In this document: positions 39,622 through 51,002 of the stretch, piece after piece
Layout: each line of letters starts with the position of its first letter
Numbering within the stretch: position 1 is the stretch's first letter
DNA from: Planctomycetota bacterium
GTDB lineage: Bacteria; Planctomycetota; UBA1135; UBA2386
Reading direction: 5' to 3'
DNA: 64,000 nucleotides
NCBI GenBank assembly: GCA_046290465.1
Contig: JBKAGP010000001.1
Coordinates: forward strand, 128,001-192,000
Position numbers and translations under genes: made by a program
Notes under the pieces: generated by a model
The model's database searches: none
Seen by the model: only the letters and a program-made list of their open reading frames with translations
Told to the model about the DNA's origin: nothing

Positions 39622-42258
39622 TCAACGCGTCCGGATCAGCTTCTGGAAGCGGGCGTCGTCGCGGATCGCATCGAAGTTGGGGTTCTTGTGCCGCAGCACG
39701 TGGCCGGCCGCCACCGCGTGCTCGAGCCAGTCCAGCGCGACCTCGCAGTTGCGGGCGCGCCGTTCGCCCTGACACGGCACGTCGAGCAGCACCGACGCGG
39801 CCCACGCGCGCCACTTCGGCTCCAACGGCAGCTCGCCCAGTCGCAGCTGGTTCTTCTCGAGCGCGTCCCAGTCCTTCGCCGCCAGCAGCATCGCGCCGAG
39901 CAGGCGCAGGTTGTGGGCGAGCAACCGCGGCGACTCGGCGTCCTGCGGGTTGGCCTGCAGCGCCAGCTCGATGTCGGCGATGCCGCCCTCGACCAGCGGC
40001 CGCGCCTCGTCGAAGCGGTTCTTGCGCATCCACAGCAACCCGAGGTTGGCGCGCACTCCGGCGCGCAGCTTGGGCACCTCGGGCGTCAGCGGGTGCTTCT
40101 GCACCAGCCGGTCGAGCAGCGGCAGCGCATCGCGCGCGACCGCGATCGCGTCGTCGTCGCGCCGCTGGTGCTGCATCAGGCTCGAACGTTCGTTGAGCGC
40201 CATCGCGCGCACGTAGTCGGGCGTCGGCCACCTTCGCGCGTCGGTGGTGTGCCCGACCAGGCCATCGAGCAGCTCGTCGTTGGCGCGCGCGGCCTCGTCG
40301 AGGCGACCGTGTCGCTTCAGGAACCGCACCAGGTTGAGCTGCGCCACCGAACGCGTCAGCGGGAAGGTGCCAGGCTCGTCGCTCGGCGGCGTCACCATCG
40401 CGGCCAGCTCGATCGCCCGCCGCAGCGCCGCCTCGGCCGCCTCGACGTCGCCTTCGGCGCCGGCGATGCGCGACGCGTCGGTCTCGACCGAACGCAGCTC
40501 CTTGGCCGCGTCGTTCGCCGACGACGTCTGCAGCAGCGGCGTCAGCAGCCGCCGCGCGTCGGCCAGCACGTCGCCAGCCTGCCCGAACTCGGCGCGGGCG
40601 CAGTGGATCGCGCTGAGCCGCGCCCGGAACGTGCCGCTCAGCAGCGCCTGCCGCTGGTTCGAGCGGGGGTCGCCTTCGTCGGCGATCGCCTCACACGCCA
40701 GCTGCTCGGCGTCCGCCATGCGCCCGAGGCGGCCGAGCACCACCACCAGCTTGAGCGTGACGGTCTGGTGCAGCAGCCGCGCCTCGTCGCGGTGCACCGC
40801 GTCCTCGCGCAGCTGCGCCAGCAGCTGGCGCGCGTCGACCAGCATGTCGTGCGCGGTGTCGAGCGCGGCGGCGTTGTGCAGCCGGTCCGAGGTCAGGCCG
40901 GCGAGCAGCCGGCGCACCGCCTGCATGCTGACGCGCACGCTGTGGTCCGAACGTTCGGTCTGTTCGCGCAGCGCGGCGTTGGCGTCCCGCTGGTAGACGT
41001 AGAGCGACACGAACAGCCCAAAGCACGACAGCAGCGCGACCAGCGTGGTCGATGCCAGGGCCTGATGCCGCTGCACGAACCGCCGCGCCCGCACGGCCGT
41101 CGGCAGGCGGCGCGCGGCGATCGGCCGCCGTTCGAGCACGGCCGTCAGGTCGTCGGCGAACGCCTGCGGGGTCGGGTAGCGGCGCAGGCGGTCGCGCTCC
41201 ATGCCGCACGCCAGCACCACGCGCAGCTCGGGCGGCAGGTCGCGCCGGTGCCGCAGCGACTGTCGCTCGCCGGTCAGGATCCGGCGGCGCAGCTCCTCGG
41301 TGTCGGTCGTCGAGAACGGCGAGTCGAGCGTCAGCAGCGTGAACAGCGTGATCGCCAGGCCGTAGACGTCGGTGCGTTCGTCGGCGGGTTCGCCGCGCAG
41401 CACCTCGGGCGCCATGTAGGCGGGGGAGCCGGCGGTGGCGCCGCTCTGGGTCAACTGGTCGTCGGAGCGCGTGTGCGACAGCCCGAAGTCGAGCACCACC
41501 GCGCGGCCGTCGGGCGTCAGCATCACGTTGGACGGCTTCAGGTCGCGGTGCAGCACGTCGCGTTCGTGCGCGTGCTGGATGCCGAACGCGGCCTTGCGCA
41601 GCAGCCGCACGGCCGCCTGCCAGTAGCCGTCGCCGAACACCTCGTCGGGGTCGCGGTCGGTGATCCCGCCGCCGAGCGCCTGGCGCAGATCGGCGCCGGT
41701 CAGCTGGCTCGGGTCGCGGCCACGCAGCGCGGCGATCGCCTGCATGCCGTTGCGGCCGTCGAGCAGCGGCATCGCATAGTAGCTGACGCCAGCGGCCGTG
41801 CCGGTGGCCAGGATCGGCACGATCGCCGGATGGTCGATCCTCGCGATCGCGTCGATCTCGCGCTGGAAGCGCTGTTGCGCGCGGTCGAACATCAGCAGCT
41901 CCGGGCGCACGATCTTCAGCGCGACGCGGCGGCCGAGCGACTCCTGCCGGGCGACGTAGACGACGCCCATGCCGCCGGCACCGAGCTGCCGTTCGACCAC
42001 GAACTCGCCGAACCGTTCGGGCAGCGCCGGGGTCGGCTGGTCGAGCAGCTGCAGCCGCTGCAGGTCGGACAGGGCCCGCACCAGCTCGCGGGCGTGCTCG
42101 GGGTGCTGGCCGAGGAAGCGCTGCAGGCCGGCGTCCCCGTCGGTCTCACGCGCCTCGAGGGCCTCGGCGAGCAGCTGCTCGAGCACCTCGGTCGTGTCGG
42201 AGAGAGGGTCCTTGGGTCGATCGGCGGTCACGGTTGCGAGCGAGGGACAGGTGGCCAT
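39622..42258 (-). CDS. Ser/Thr protein kinase with TM and TPR-like C-terminus (start uncertain)
   Basis: LGAGGMGVVY, VALKIV, HRDLKPSNV, DFG and GSPAYMAPE motifs. Confidence 0.92.
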   Translation of the reverse strand: MATCPSLATVTADRPKDPLSDTTEVLEQLLAEALEARETDGDAGLQRFLGQHPEHARELVRALSDLQRLQLLDQPTPALPERFGEFVVERQLGAGGMGVVYVARQESLGRRVALKIVRPELLMFDRAQQRFQREIDAIARIDHPAIVPILATGTAAGVSYYAMPLLDGRNGMQAIAALRGRDPSQLTGADLRQALGGGITDRDPDEVFGDGYWQAAVRLLRKAAFGIQHAHERDVLHRDLKPSNVMLTPDGRAVVLDFGLSHTRSDDQLTQSGATAGSPAYMAPEVLRGEPADERTDVYGLAITLFTLLTLDSPFSTTDTEELRRRILTGERQSLRHRRDLPPELRVVLACGMERDRLRRYPTPQAFADDLTAVLERRPIAARRLPTAVRARRFVQRHQALASTTLVALLSCFGLFVSLYVYQRDANAALREQTERSDHSVRVSMQAVRRLLAGLTSDRLHNAAALDTAHDMLVDARQLLAQLREDAVHRDEARLLHQTVTLKLVVVLGRLGRMADAEQLACEAIADEGDPRSNQRQALLSGTFRARLSAIHCARAEFGQAGDVLADARRLLTPLLQTSSANDAAKELRSVETDASRIAGAEGDVEAAEAALRRAIELAAMVTPPSDEPGTFPLTRSVAQLNLVRFLKRHGRLDEAARANDELLDGLVGHTTDARRWPTPDYVRAMALNERSSLMQHQRRDDDAIAVARDALPLLDRLVQKHPLTPEVPKLRAGVRANLGLLWMRKNRFDEARPLVEGGIADIELALQANPQDAESPRLLAHNLRLLGAMLLAAKDWDALEKNQLRLGELPLEPKWRAWAASVLLDVPCQGERRARNCEVALDWLEHAVAAGHVLRHKNPNFDAIRDDARFQKLIRTR

Positions 42259-42307
42259 CGAAAGAAGCGGAGGAGCGCGGTCGGCATCACACGGATTTCC
42301 TGGCAAG

Positions 42308-43426
42308 ATGCAGATCGTGCGCGACGGTGATGGTGACGGCGGGTGGCTCGCCCCCGAACAGGTCTGGCCCAACGGCGGTGGTGAAGCGGCGTTCGAGCTG
42401 ATCGACGTGCGCGCGCCCGTCGAGGTGCAGAAGAACGCGCTGCCGGGTGCGCATCCGCTGCCGATCCTGACCGACGAAGAGCGGCACCTGGTCGGCGCGT
42501 GCTACCACGAACGCGGCCACGACGCGGCGGTCGAGCTCGGCGTGTCGCTGACGGCGCCGCACCGCGAGGCTCGGGTGGCGGGGTGGCGCAAGGTCGTAGC
42601 GCAGACGGAGAAGCCCGTCGCGCTGACCTGCTGGCGTGGCGGCGACCGCAGCGCGATCGCGCAGCGGTGGCTCGACGGCGAACTGCCGCGGGTGCGCGGC
42701 GGCGCCAAGGCGCTGCGGCGGTTCCTGATGCAGCGGCTCGACCAGCTGGTGCGCGAGCAGCGCTTCGTCGTGGTCGCCGGCCTGACCGGATCCGGCAAGA
42801 CCGATGCTCTGCACGCGGTGGCCAGCGCGGCGCCGGCGCGCGTGCACGTGCTCGACCTCGAACACATGGCCCGTCATCGCGGCAGCGCGTTCGGCGGCCA
42901 CGGCGAACCCCAGCCGGCGCAGGCGACGTTCGAGAACCGCGTCGCCGCGTCGCTGCAGCTGAGCGACGCCGACTTCGTGCTGGTCGAGGACGAGGCGCGC
43001 CACGTCGGCCGCGTGCTGCTGCCCAAGGAACTGTGGCAGCGGATCAAGCGCGCACCGATCGCGCTGCTCGACGGACCCGACGACGAACGGGTCGCGCGGA
43101 TCGCGCGCGAGTACGCGTTCGAGCCGTGCGCGCACGAAGATCGGCAGGTGGTCAAGGCGCGGCTGGTCGCGTCGGTCGAGAAGCTGCACAAGCGACTCGG
43201 CGGCGCGATGGCCAAGGCGTGCGTCGACGCGCTGATGCACGCCGACCACGACGACCGCTGGCACACCGTCGAGGCGCACGATCCGTGGATCCGGCCGCTG
43301 CTGGTCGACTACTACGACAAGCACTACAGCCAGGAGCTGAGGCGCTATCCGCGCGAGGTCGTCTACCGCGGCGACATCAACGGGCTGGTCGGTTGGCTGC
43401 AGGCCGGTGGCGGCGTGGTGCGCTGA
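42308..43426 (+). CDS. selU: tRNA 2-selenouridine synthase
   Basis: Rhodanese domain (IDVRAPVE, CWRGGDRS) plus P-loop GLTGSGKT, LDLE.MARHRGSAFG and LLVDYYD. Confidence 0.92.
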   Translation: MQIVRDGDGDGGWLAPEQVWPNGGGEAAFELIDVRAPVEVQKNALPGAHPLPILTDEERHLVGACYHERGHDAAVELGVSLTAPHREARVAGWRKVVAQTEKPVALTCWRGGDRSAIAQRWLDGELPRVRGGAKALRRFLMQRLDQLVREQRFVVVAGLTGSGKTDALHAVASAAPARVHVLDLEHMARHRGSAFGGHGEPQPAQATFENRVAASLQLSDADFVLVEDEARHVGRVLLPKELWQRIKRAPIALLDGPDDERVARIAREYAFEPCAHEDRQVVKARLVASVEKLHKRLGGAMAKACVDALMHADHDDRWHTVEAHDPWIRPLLVDYYDKHYSQELRRYPREVVYRGDINGLVGWLQAGGGVVR

Positions 43427-43430
43427 TCGA

Positions 43431-46400
43431 TCAGGCCGGCTGCGCGGCCTTGCGCCGCGAGGCGGCTTGCAGCGTCGCGGGCCACCAGACCGACAGCAGC
43501 AGCAGCGCGGCGATCCACCAGGTCGCCAAGGAGTGCGGCAGACGTTCGAAGGCGACCAGCATCGCGGTCGCCGTCCACACGCACGCCGCCAAGGTTGCCC
43601 ACAGCCGGCCGCGCGCGTGCGCCGCGATCGTCCAGGCGCCCAGGATCGTCAGCCCTAGCGGCACCCAGCTGGGGTAGCCACAGACGCCATCGATCCAGAC
43701 GTGCTGCCTGGACGTGATCAGGCCGAACACGATCAACGCATGGGAACCGCCCAGCGCCCGCGGGTGCCTCGGGGCGAACATGACCAGCACCAAGCCGAGC
43801 AGCAGGAACAGCAGCGAGAGCGCGAACATCACGAAGTCGGCCAGCGAACGGCGCACGTAGGTCTGCCACGGCAAGTAGGCCGCTTCCGTTCGCGTTTCGA
43901 TCGCTGCCGGCACCATCACTCCTGCTGCCCGCGCCCGCGCCAGCACCCGGCCGATGCCGTCGCTGCGGTAGCCGTCGTCCAGCCGGCCTACGCGGCTCCA
44001 GGCGTACTTGCGGATGCGATCATCTTCGGTGCCGAGCGCGAGCAGGATCCACGAGTAGCCATTCGTGAACCAGCCGTCGCGCTGCTCGGGCTGGGGGTCG
44101 TCGAGCGCGCTCGCGTCGCCGGCGAACAGCCGCGCCAGCAGCCGTACGTCCGAACGGTACTCCGGGAGGTCTTGCTGCTGCGGCAGTCCGTGCAGCTTGT
44201 GGTCGATCGTGCGGAGCGCGCCGCGCGCCGGTGGAACGTGTACGAAGGCGGCGCTGTAGACCTGGTGGATCTCGTGCAGCTGGTGCGGGTAGTCGGCGTC
44301 GGCGACGCGCTGCAGCGATGCTGCGAGTGCCCGGCGCCAGTCCGACAGGTCCCAGCGCTCGGGCCGTTCGTCGGCCGGGCGCAGGCTTGCCAGCACGACG
44401 AACTCGAAGCTGCTGCCGTCGGGGCCGAGCCAGCGGCCACGGCCGATCTCGCACACGTAGCTCGCGGGGTGTCGTTCGCCGTTGGCCGACACCTGCAGGT
44501 GCACTTCGGGGTGCCGCAGGTTGGCGACCCGCACGTCGCCTTCGAGGTCGAACCGTCCGGCGCGCCAGTGCGTGCGTACGGATCCGTGCAACGCCGCCGG
44601 CGCCGCGCCGTCGCCGAACTGCGGCGGCCGCACCGTGCCCAGGTAGAACCGCAGGAACGGCAGCGCGTGCTCGATCGGCGCCGTGAACGCGACCTCGTCC
44701 TCGCCGAGCACCGGCACCGTGTGCTGCCAGACGAGCGTGGGCTCGACGGCGTGGTCGATCCTGGCCAGCACCGCGAGGCGCAGCGGCCGTTCGGTCCGGT
44801 CGATCGAACCGAGCGCGCGCTCCCAACGCGTCACCAGCGTGTCGCCCGGTGCGCGCTCCTCGTACGGGATCCGGATGCCGGCCGGCGCGAGCTCCACCAA
44901 CAGGTGGTGCAGCCAGGCACGCTGGCGCGAGGGCTGCCGCAGGCGGTCGAGCACCGCCTCGGCCGAGACGGGCGGCTCCGGCCCCCAGCCGAGCGCGCGC
45001 TGTAGCAGCTCCCGGATCGGCGTCGTGCGGTGCTCCTGCCACCAGCCGGCCGCGGCCCCGGGATCCGACTCCATGCAGCCCGTGTGCGCGGCGAGCCAGT
45101 GGTGCAGTTGCCCGGCCCGGTGGTCGGCAGGTCGGTCGGCGAGGCGCGCTGCCACCAGGTCCGCGCGCACGCTGGCGGTCGCCGGCGCGTCGGCTGCGCG
45201 GACCCGTGGCCAGGCCTGCGCCAGCCAGTCGAGGTCGGCCTCGCGGATCACCAGGTCCTTGCCGTCCGCGGTCTCGTAGAGGAACGGCAGCCACGCGCAG
45301 CGATGCAACAGCCGGGCGGCATCCTTGCGGTTGCCCAACGGCTGGCTGCGGTCGCCGACGATCGCCGTCAGCCCGTCGAGGAACGCGTGATCGACGAACT
45401 CGTACGCCGCGATCGGCAGGCGCGCTTGCGGACGGGCGGCGCCGAACAGCACGTTGCGCAGCCGCAGGCCGGGGAGGTGCGGCAGACGATGGGCTGCGCG
45501 CAGCAGCGTCGGGATCGCGGTTCGCTGCTCCGCCGTCCAATGGCCGGGGTCATTCAGGTCGAACCTCGCAAGCACGTCGAACTCGTGCATCGCACCGTCC
45601 GGGCGGCGGCCCGGTGCGGTCGTGTCGTCGTCGCGCGGCCGCTTTACTGGCGAGAGATCGACGCCGAACGCGATCAGTCGCCGACGCGCGTCGTCGAACG
45701 CCGCTCGCTGCTCGGCACTCGCCTGCTCGCACAACGCCACCGTCGTGCTCTGGCTCGCGTCGAGCACCACGTGGCTGGCCGTAGCAATCAGCTGGTCGGC
45801 CTGCGACGTGTCGTCGCCTGGGTCGTACAGATAGCTGCGGGCCGCCTCGTCGGTCAGTGCCTCGAGGTAGAGCGTGCGTTCGGCGAGCGTCAGGTCGTCG
45901 GGGTCCACCCCGTCGAACAGCTCCACGCACACCGTGGCGGCGCCCGCCGTGTTGCCGGCCTCGGCGAGCGCGGTCGCGACCGCGACGCCGTTGGCGCGCT
46001 GCATCGAAGGCACCACGAACCACCAGACGGCCAGCAGCACGAGCGCCGCCGGCAGCAGCGCGCCGAGGATGCTGGAGCGATGACGCGCGACGAACCGCGC
46101 TGCCCGGCCGAACTCCGAGCGCGGCCGCGCCAGGATCTCCTTGCCGATCGAGAACCGTTCGAGGTCCTCTGCCAGCGCCTGCACGGTCGCGTAGCGCTCG
46201 GTCGGGTTCTTGCGCATCGCCTTGTCGACGATGACCTGCAGGTCGAGCGGTACGCGCGCGTTGCGCTTGCGCAGCGGCACCGGCTCGCTCGCGACGACGG
46301 CGTGCATCAGCTGCGCCAGCGGCAGCCCGGCGAACGGCGCCTTGCCGGCGAGGCATTCGTAGAGGATCGCGCCGAGCGCGTAGACGTCGGTCTGTTCGCC

Positions 46401-47177
46401 GATGCGGTCCTGGTCGCCGAGCGCCTGCTCGGGGCTCATGTAGGCCGGCGTGCCGAGCATCTGGCCGGTCATGGTGGCGCCGTGCTCGGCGCCGAGTTCG
46501 CGCGCCAGGCCGAAGTCGCAGACGAACGCGTCGCCGCTCGCGTCGAGCAGCACGTTGCCGGGCTTGAGGTCGCGGTGCATGACGCCCTTGCCGTGCGCAT
46601 ACGCCATCGCCGAGCAGACCTGCAGCAGCAGCTTGACGGCCTGGGTGGTCGGCATCGCGCCGTTCTCGAGGCGCTGGGCCTCGAGGCGCTGGGCGAGCGT
46701 GCAGCCGTCGATCAGGTCCATCGTGAAGTAGACGAAGCCGTCGGCCTTGCCGACCTCGTGCACCGAGACGATGTGGCGGTGGCGCAGCCTGGCGAGGCTC
46801 TTGGCCTCGCGCTCGAAGCGGCGGATCGCATCGCCGAACATCAGGTCGCCGGGCCGCAGCACCTTGACGGCGAGGTCGCGGTCGAGCGACTTCTGGTGGG
46901 CGCGGTAGACGACGCCCATGCCGCCGCGGCCGAGCTCGTCGAGCACCTCGTAGTCGTCGGAGAGCCGTGGGGGAGCGAGGTCGTGCTGCTGTGCCACCGC
47001 GTCGTCGCCGAGCACGTCGTGCATCGCCTGCAGGGCCTGCAGCGCCTTCAGCACGTCGGGCTCGGGGATCGAGAAGCGCTCGGCGAGCTTGCAGGTGTCG
47101 ACCGACTGCCCGGCGTCGAGCGCCTGCTGCAGCTCGTCGCAGAGCTGGCCCATGCGTTCTTCGAGGTCGCCGCTCAT
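43431..47177 (-). CDS. Ser/Thr protein kinase paralog 2 (kinase, TM, large sensor region, multi-TM C-terminus)
   Basis: [21 protein letters not shown] and GTPAYMSPE motifs; 1248 aa. Confidence 0.93.
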   Translation of the reverse strand: MSGDLEERMGQLCDELQQALDAGQSVDTCKLAERFSIPEPDVLKALQALQAMHDVLGDDAVAQQHDLAPPRLSDDYEVLDELGRGGMGVVYRAHQKSLDRDLAVKVLRPGDLMFGDAIRRFEREAKSLARLRHRHIVSVHEVGKADGFVYFTMDLIDGCTLAQRLEAQRLENGAMPTTQAVKLLLQVCSAMAYAHGKGVMHRDLKPGNVLLDASGDAFVCDFGLARELGAEHGATMTGQMLGTPAYMSPEQALGDQDRIGEQTDVYALGAILYECLAGKAPFAGLPLAQLMHAVVASEPVPLRKRNARVPLDLQVIVDKAMRKNPTERYATVQALAEDLERFSIGKEILARPRSEFGRAARFVARHRSSILGALLPAALVLLAVWWFVVPSMQRANGVAVATALAEAGNTAGAATVCVELFDGVDPDDLTLAERTLYLEALTDEAARSYLYDPGDDTSQADQLIATASHVVLDASQSTTVALCEQASAEQRAAFDDARRRLIAFGVDLSPVKRPRDDDTTAPGRRPDGAMHEFDVLARFDLNDPGHWTAEQRTAIPTLLRAAHRLPHLPGLRLRNVLFGAARPQARLPIAAYEFVDHAFLDGLTAIVGDRSQPLGNRKDAARLLHRCAWLPFLYETADGKDLVIREADLDWLAQAWPRVRAADAPATASVRADLVAARLADRPADHRAGQLHHWLAAHTGCMESDPGAAAGWWQEHRTTPIRELLQRALGWGPEPPVSAEAVLDRLRQPSRQRAWLHHLLVELAPAGIRIPYEERAPGDTLVTRWERALGSIDRTERPLRLAVLARIDHAVEPTLVWQHTVPVLGEDEVAFTAPIEHALPFLRFYLGTVRPPQFGDGAAPAALHGSVRTHWRAGRFDLEGDVRVANLRHPEVHLQVSANGERHPASYVCEIGRGRWLGPDGSSFEFVVLASLRPADERPERWDLSDWRRALAASLQRVADADYPHQLHEIHQVYSAAFVHVPPARGALRTIDHKLHGLPQQQDLPEYRSDVRLLARLFAGDASALDDPQPEQRDGWFTNGYSWILLALGTEDDRIRKYAWSRVGRLDDGYRSDGIGRVLARARAAGVMVPAAIETRTEAAYLPWQTYVRRSLADFVMFALSLLFLLLGLVLVMFAPRHPRALGGSHALIVFGLITSRQHVWIDGVCGYPSWVPLGLTILGAWTIAAHARGRLWATLAACVWTATAMLVAFERLPHSLATWWIAALLLLSVWWPATLQAASRRKAAQPA

Positions 47178-47212
47178 CGGGCCTCGATCTGGTCGTGGTG
47201 TGCGGCGGTCAT
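47174..47212 (-). pseudogene. 12-codon mini-ORF (MTAAHHDQIEAR), probable relic of a duplicated ECF sigma gene
   Basis: Its TGA overlaps the kinase ATG (ATGA), like the ECF/kinase-1 GTGA junction. CACCACGACCA resembles the ECF start CACAACGACCA. Confidence 0.45.
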
Positions 47213-47221
47213 GCGGGCGTC

Positions 47222-47263
47222 CTCCATTGTGTCAGGGGAGGATCGCGCCGCCAGCGCCAGAAA
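47222..47263 (-). promoter_or_regulatory. Duplicated upstream/promoter element, copy 2
   Basis: CTCCATTGTG-nn-AGGGGA-n6-CGCCGCCAGCGCCA is also found at 51609-51646. Confidence 0.65.
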
Positions 47264-47267
47264 CGGC

Positions 47268-50200
47268 TCAGGCAGGTTGCGCCAACTGCAACCGACGGCG
47301 GGCGGTGTTGGCCGTGTTGGCCCACAAGGACTGCAGCACGATGCCTACGATGGCGATCAGGCCGACGAGGATCGGATGCTCGAGGGAGTCCGTCACGAAC
47401 GCGATGGTGGCACCGGTCCAGAATAGCGGTGCCACCAGCCATACGGGGCTTCGCGTGAGCCGCCAGCAGATCGCCCAGGCTCCGAGCACGTGCAGGCCGT
47501 GGCCCAGCCACGATGGGTTCCAGTCCATGCCGCTGGCACGCAGGGACCACAAGGGGAGAAGCATGCCGCTGATCCACAGTACTTTGGCGGCGTCACGGCG
47601 AAGGGAGCGTGCGCGAAGGGTGAACCGGAGGGCGAGCGCAGCGATCAACACGTGTCCGATCAGCAGGAGCAGCAGCTTGGCGTTGTCCGCTACCCAGGCC
47701 AGCACGGGCGATGGTGTGGAGCGCGCCTGTGCGTCCAGCCAGTCGGGGCGTTGGCCATCGAGAGACTTCGTGGATGCCAGCCGTCGAAGGAGATACCCGG
47801 GCACGGGCTGCGCGGCGAGCTGAGCGAAGGCGTAGGCACGCAGCGTCTCCGAGTCCGTGGTCGTGGCCAGCCTCGCGAAGAAGGTCGGGTTCATGATGCC
47901 GTGTGGGGACATGCCTGCTTCGCCCGTCTCGATCCGGATCGCCGCCTCGTCGCCGGCGAGGAGCAGGCCAGCCTTGCGGGGGATGACGCAGCCCGAGCTC
48001 CTCTCGTGCTTGTTGGCCTTTGCTTGAAGCTCGCGCAGGGCTTCGACCTTGTCGGCCATCGGAAAGAAGGCCGCCGCTGCGATTCTCTGTGCGTGTCCGG
48101 TTACGTATTCGTCCGGTAGGGACGCGAGGTGGTCCAGGGTGCGTTGGATCGCTTGCACCCAGTCCTCTCGATCCCATACGTCCGTCGCGGTAGCAGCGGG
48201 TTCGAGCACGCCCAGGGCAAAGACCGCGTATCCCGTGGCTCCCTCTCTCGATTGCCAGGTCGCGCCACCGAGCATCGTCACGAGGCCTTCGGGGCAGTCG
48301 CTGTTCGCGCTGTCGCTGTGGCTCAGGCTCAGCCCCGGCGTCCAGCGCGTTCGAATGGTCGTGACGCCTGACAGCGTGGCGTCGTCGCCGCTCCAACGGA
48401 TGCTTGCGCGGCCAACCATCGAGCATTTCTCGAGGCCGCCCGATGTGCGGTGTCGGTGGCGTCCGACGAACAGACCGTGGTAGGGCATGTCGTTCTCGAT
48501 CACGGTGTGCCACGCAGCCTGCTCGCCGTAGCCGAGGACCTGTCGGTGTTGGCCGATCAGGCGAGGCGTGGCCTCGCCGTTGCCGATGGCGAACGTGGCG
48601 GCACGGAAGACGCGGCGTTGGCGGTCGCTGCGTCCCAAAGCCTGCCGCCAGCGCGCCAGGCAATCGCCCTGGTTCCAGATCGTGAGAAGTGGCACCTGGG
48701 TCGCGTCGGATGCGGTCAGTTCGAGCAGGTGGTGCACGCGTGCGGTCTCTTCGCCTCGATGCGACGCCAGCTGTTGGAGCAGATCGTCGATCGTCAGTTC
48801 CGATACGGGCACATTCCGCATCCGTCTGGGCAGCAGATGCTGTCGTGGGTCCAGGTCGCGGTGTTCCCGCCACCAGGCGCGCAGCGCTTTAGGACCGTGC
48901 GATTGTCCCGTGTGTCGGCGCAGCCAATGCTTCAAGCGCCACGTTCGACGGTGCCGCTCCTTCGGATCTGGGATGGCCTGCGCTTCGATCAGGCGTTCGA
49001 GCACGAGGTCGATGCGGCGCACGTAGGCCGCACGGCGATCCAAGCCTCGCAGCGACTGCCATGCCTGTTCGAGCCAGTTGAGATCCGATTCGCGGATGCC
49101 GTCGAGCGATGGACCCTTCGCATGGAGAAACGGCAGCCAACCGATGCGATGGAAAAGGGCGGCAGCACAGCGGCGCGTTTCGAACGGCAGGGATCGGTCC
49201 ATGACCACCCCCAGGATGCGCTCCATGTGGTCACGCTCGACGAACGCGCATGTTGGGCCGTCGCCGCGGGCCACGTGGTTCATCCGCTCACGGGTCGCTT
49301 CGGGTAGCCGGTGGTGCACCGGCAGCAGGCTGACGAACCTCGCGAACGCGGTTTCGTGCCAAGCGTCATGGTCCGCATCGCTGGCGAGAGCGTGCACGAT
49401 TGCGAGGCTGTTCGCATCACCGCGGCCGGGCGTGTCGTCTTCGAGCAGCTTCCGGTAGCTCGGATGGTGCCGGTAGAGCCCGTTCTTGTCCGGCAGCATG
49501 GCCGCCAGCCGGACGTAATCCAGGTAGTAGTCCTGGACGGGCAGGCCATCCGGGCCACTGGCCAGCTTCAGGAAACCCGCGTGATGCTCGCCTTCGACGC
49601 TCTGCACCAGGCTCTCGGCGCGAGCGACGAGATCGTCGGCGCGTGCGTGCTCGGCGGCCGACCCGCGCACATGGCTACGCGCTGCCTCGTCGACCAGGGC
49701 TCCAAGCAGCTCGATCAGCTCGGATCCAGACAAGTCGCCTGGGCTCTTGTCTGCATGGGCGTTCTCGAAGGCAGCAAGTGCACCTGGGGTGTTGCCCGCG
49801 GCCCGGAGTTGCCGTGCAAGCATCAGCGTTCGTCCCTGCATCCACGCTGGCAGCACGAACAGCCACGCACACAGCGAAAGAACGGCAACCGGCGCAAGCG
49901 CAGCGAAAACCGAGTTGCGGTTGCGGCGCACGAAGCTGGCAGCCCACGACCATTCCGTACGCGGCCGAGCCAGGATCTCCTTGCCGGTCGAGAACCGTTC
50001 GAGATCTTCGGCGAACGCCTGCACGGTGGCGTAGCGCTGCGCCGGGTCTTTGTGCATGGCCATCTCACAGATGACCTCGAGGTCCGCCGGGACGTGCACC
50101 CCGTGCCGCCGCAGCGGCACGGGGTCGCGCTCGAGCACGGCCTGCATCAGCTGCGCCAGCGGCAGGTCGGCGAAGGGAGGTCTCCCGCTCAGGCACTGGT

Positions 50201-51002
50201 AGAGGATCGCGCCGAGCGCGTAGACGTCGGTGCGTTCCCCGATGGCGTCGCGCTGTCCCAGGGCCTGTTCGGGCGCCATGTACGCTGGGGTGCCGAGCAT
50301 CTGGCCCGTCAGGGTGGCGCCTGCCTCGCTGCCGAGCTCGCGCGCCAGGCCGAAGTCGCAGACGAACGCGTCGCCGTCGCCGTCGAGCAGGACGTTGCCC
50401 GGCTTGAGGTCGCGGTGCATCACGCCCTTGCCGTGCGCGTACGCCATCGCGGAGCTGACCTGCAGCAAGAGCTTGACGGCTTGCGTCGTCGGCATCGGGC
50501 CTTCCTCGAGGCGCTCGGCGAGCGTGCAGCCGTCGACGAGGTCCATCGTGAAGTAGACGAAGCCGTCGGTCTTGCCGACCTCGTGCACCGAGACGATGTG
50601 GCGGTGGCGCAGCCTGGCGAGGCTCTTGGCCTCGCGCTCGAAGCGGCGGATCGCGTCGCCGAACAGCAGGTCGCCGGGCCGCAGCACCTTGACGGCGAGG
50701 TCGCGGTCGAGCGATTTCTGGTGGGCGCGGTAGACGACGCCCATGCCGCCGCGGCCGAGCTCGTCGAGCACCTCGTAGTCGTCGGAGAGCCGTGGGGGCG
50801 CGAGGTCGTGCTGCTGTGCCACCGCGTCCTCGCCGAGCACGTCGTGCATCGCGCGCAGCGCCTGCAGCGCCTTGAGCACGTCCGGCTGCGGGATTGCGAA
50901 GCGTTCGGCCAGCTCGCCGGTATCGATCGACTGCCCGGCGTCGAGCGCCTGCTGCAGCTTGTCGCAGAGCTGGCCCATGCGTTCTTCGAGGTCGCCGCTC
51001 AC
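47268..51002 (-). CDS. Ser/Thr protein kinase paralog 1, translationally coupled to the ECF sigma factor
   Basis: Same kinase motifs as paralog 2; GTG start overlaps the ECF stop; 1244 aa. Confidence 0.93.
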   Translation of the reverse strand: MSGDLEERMGQLCDKLQQALDAGQSIDTGELAERFAIPQPDVLKALQALRAMHDVLGEDAVAQQHDLAPPRLSDDYEVLDELGRGGMGVVYRAHQKSLDRDLAVKVLRPGDLLFGDAIRRFEREAKSLARLRHRHIVSVHEVGKTDGFVYFTMDLVDGCTLAERLEEGPMPTTQAVKLLLQVSSAMAYAHGKGVMHRDLKPGNVLLDGDGDAFVCDFGLARELGSEAGATLTGQMLGTPAYMAPEQALGQRDAIGERTDVYALGAILYQCLSGRPPFADLPLAQLMQAVLERDPVPLRRHGVHVPADLEVICEMAMHKDPAQRYATVQAFAEDLERFSTGKEILARPRTEWSWAASFVRRNRNSVFAALAPVAVLSLCAWLFVLPAWMQGRTLMLARQLRAAGNTPGALAAFENAHADKSPGDLSGSELIELLGALVDEAARSHVRGSAAEHARADDLVARAESLVQSVEGEHHAGFLKLASGPDGLPVQDYYLDYVRLAAMLPDKNGLYRHHPSYRKLLEDDTPGRGDANSLAIVHALASDADHDAWHETAFARFVSLLPVHHRLPEATRERMNHVARGDGPTCAFVERDHMERILGVVMDRSLPFETRRCAAALFHRIGWLPFLHAKGPSLDGIRESDLNWLEQAWQSLRGLDRRAAYVRRIDLVLERLIEAQAIPDPKERHRRTWRLKHWLRRHTGQSHGPKALRAWWREHRDLDPRQHLLPRRMRNVPVSELTIDDLLQQLASHRGEETARVHHLLELTASDATQVPLLTIWNQGDCLARWRQALGRSDRQRRVFRAATFAIGNGEATPRLIGQHRQVLGYGEQAAWHTVIENDMPYHGLFVGRHRHRTSGGLEKCSMVGRASIRWSGDDATLSGVTTIRTRWTPGLSLSHSDSANSDCPEGLVTMLGGATWQSREGATGYAVFALGVLEPAATATDVWDREDWVQAIQRTLDHLASLPDEYVTGHAQRIAAAAFFPMADKVEALRELQAKANKHERSSGCVIPRKAGLLLAGDEAAIRIETGEAGMSPHGIMNPTFFARLATTTDSETLRAYAFAQLAAQPVPGYLLRRLASTKSLDGQRPDWLDAQARSTPSPVLAWVADNAKLLLLLIGHVLIAALALRFTLRARSLRRDAAKVLWISGMLLPLWSLRASGMDWNPSWLGHGLHVLGAWAICWRLTRSPVWLVAPLFWTGATIAFVTDSLEHPILVGLIAIVGIVLQSLWANTANTARRRLQLAQPA

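Noticed and set aside
46666..46695. 15-bp in-frame duplication (AQRLE x2) in kinase 2
   Set aside because: Minor loop indel with no independent significance.
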